Shown here piece after piece: positions 62,531-63,903 of a stretch of 63,903 nt of DNA. Numbering within the stretch: the first letter of the stretch is position 1; each line of letters begins with the position of its first letter. The position numbers and the translations under genes are program-made. This DNA comes from Chara braunii (taxonomy: Eukaryota > Plantae > Charophyceae). The stretch is from assembly GCA_003427395.1 (NCBI GenBank), contig BFEA01000023.1, forward strand, positions 2,272,790 through 2,336,692. The letters are read 5' to 3'. A model generated the notes under the pieces. The model worked only from the letters and a program-made list of their open reading frames with translations, had not been told where the DNA came from and did not search any database.

Positions 62531-63903
62531 AGTTCCAGACAGCACCGATCAATGCAAAATATGTACGGAGGGAGCGGTAGAGGATATAATACACTGCCTA
62601 ATTCACTGTAGGGAAGCGACAGAAATCTGGGCAAGAGCCTCGGCCGACTAACATCCCTGAACAATTCCGGAAAGCGGAAAAGAGTTGGTATGGACTCATC
62701 CGGAAGGTGACAATATGGGTCATATGGAAGGAAAGATGCAGTAGAACAATTGAAGAAGTATCCAACTCGCGAGAGATGGTTTGGCTGGAGACGAAAGCAA
62801 TGATACAGGCGGAAATCCTATGCCGCTGGCGGAAAATTAAATCATCATGGTCAGAGGATGAGGAGCAGCGAAAGAACGCGAGACAGAAGTTCAGNCGGAT
62901 ATGGTTGGTAGGAGGGAAAGTTGCTGATCTGCGAGAAGACCACATCTANTGGAAGAACTGGCATAACTCCAACTCGGGAAGAAGTATCGGACAGAGATTA
63001 ACCGCATAAGGGCAAGGCACCTCCAGACCAGAATCTTGAAGAGGAAGGGTAGTCAAGCANGCCCCGGCAGAAGATGAGGGTCAGCGTAAGAGCGGGAGAT
63101 TGGGGCTGTACAAGAAGGGGCGAGACAAGAATGGACTGTATCTACTGGAAAGGGAACCACAAGTCAGGGTTAGAAAGGAGCTCTCAACAGAGGTCCAAGG
63201 CGGGTTCATCAATCACCTTTCACAGACATTTTAAATATCCATGGAAACTCGAGCCAAACTACAGCAGATATGATTCGACAGAACAAATTTGGACGGGTGC
63301 TTCTTCAAGACCAAAACAAGGCGAAAGGGCGTTCCAAAGGACTGCTGTAACAAGGGGCCACAGGCTGAAGGAGGAGGGTTGAGGGTTTCAGGGATGCCGT
63401 ACAAGCAATCCTAAACCTTTACAGCTATGGTTGGAGAACAGGGAGAGGGACCAAAAGAACAGAACCAAAGGGATACACCAGCTCGAAGAAAGGAGGGGCT
63501 GAAGGTTTAAGGTTCAAGGTTTTAATGATGACTTAAACGTTAAAGAAAGGGGCTCAGATAGAATGGGACAGGGGACATTACGCCTTACGGGCACGCCAGA
63601 GGAACGGGGTTGAGGCAGGCCAGCAGGGATTAAGGGGGAGCTCTTTCTAGGTGGCATAGTACTATTTGGCAGATCCGGCCTCCAGATCTGAGAGGAAAGA
63701 GAGGGATATGGCAAGCTGGCAGTCAATCCTCCACCAAGGTGGAGCAATCAATGCTGTCCAGGGGACCTTCGGCCGAAGGGAAGGAAGCGTGAGTGAGTCT
63801 CAATGTAATGTGTATTCTGACTTGCCGGTGGAATAGGAACCGGACTCACGCTCCCCATAATAGAATGGAGCCAGGACCATAAGGCCCTGATTAAAAAAAA
63901 AAA

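Larger units (their letters stand above)
57653..63009 (+). pseudogene. LINE ORF2: APE endonuclease, reverse transcriptase, C-terminal CCHC; frameshifted and interrupted by a NUMT
   Basis: SWNVNG, MLQETH, SIYAP, GDWN, SRIDY, LDH; KAPGIDG, NYRPISLL...YKILAK, YLGI, GGLG; CKIC-x9-H-x4-C near 62553; frameshifts near 58126, 58930, 60460 and 60630. Confidence 0.92.
52430..63903 (+). mobile_element. Near full-length, decayed L1/Tx1-type LINE retrotransposon (5' boundary approximate)
   Basis: C-rich 5' leader, ORF1, ORF2 with EN-RT-zf, ~890-bp 3' UTR, poly-A at the window end. Confidence 0.9.

Overview
Eukaryotic, repeat- and microsatellite-rich nuclear DNA with N gaps. It is most likely from a streptophyte green plant or alga, probably a charophyte (inferred from plant-type U2/U6 snRNA copies, a plastid-type DnaJ, and mitochondrial fragments including ccmFN and atp4). 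One protein-coding gene is supported: a + strand type-A (zinc-finger) chloroplast DnaJ resembling Arabidopsis DJA7, with 10 identifiable exons over 10782-47271 and long TE-filled introns; its final exon was not located. The last ~11 kb is a decayed, near full-length L1/Tx1-type LINE (ORF1 with zinc knuckle; ORF2 EN-RT-zf; long 3' UTR; poly-A), interrupted by a ~1.5 kb patchwork of mitochondrial fragments (nad5, atp4, nad1, nad4L, ccmFN). Introns hold three U6 copies and one U2 copy, tRNA-derived SINEs, a TA-targeting 105-bp hairpin MITE family, hAT/Mutator/Tourist-like MITEs, nad2 and atp1 NUMTs, and a ~590-bp foldback. The most striking item is a complete, fully base-pairable type III hammerhead ribozyme at 43517-43576. 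It belongs to a family of short, 5'-truncated, microsatellite-embedded copies spread through the window, suggesting a retrozyme- or Penelope-like system.
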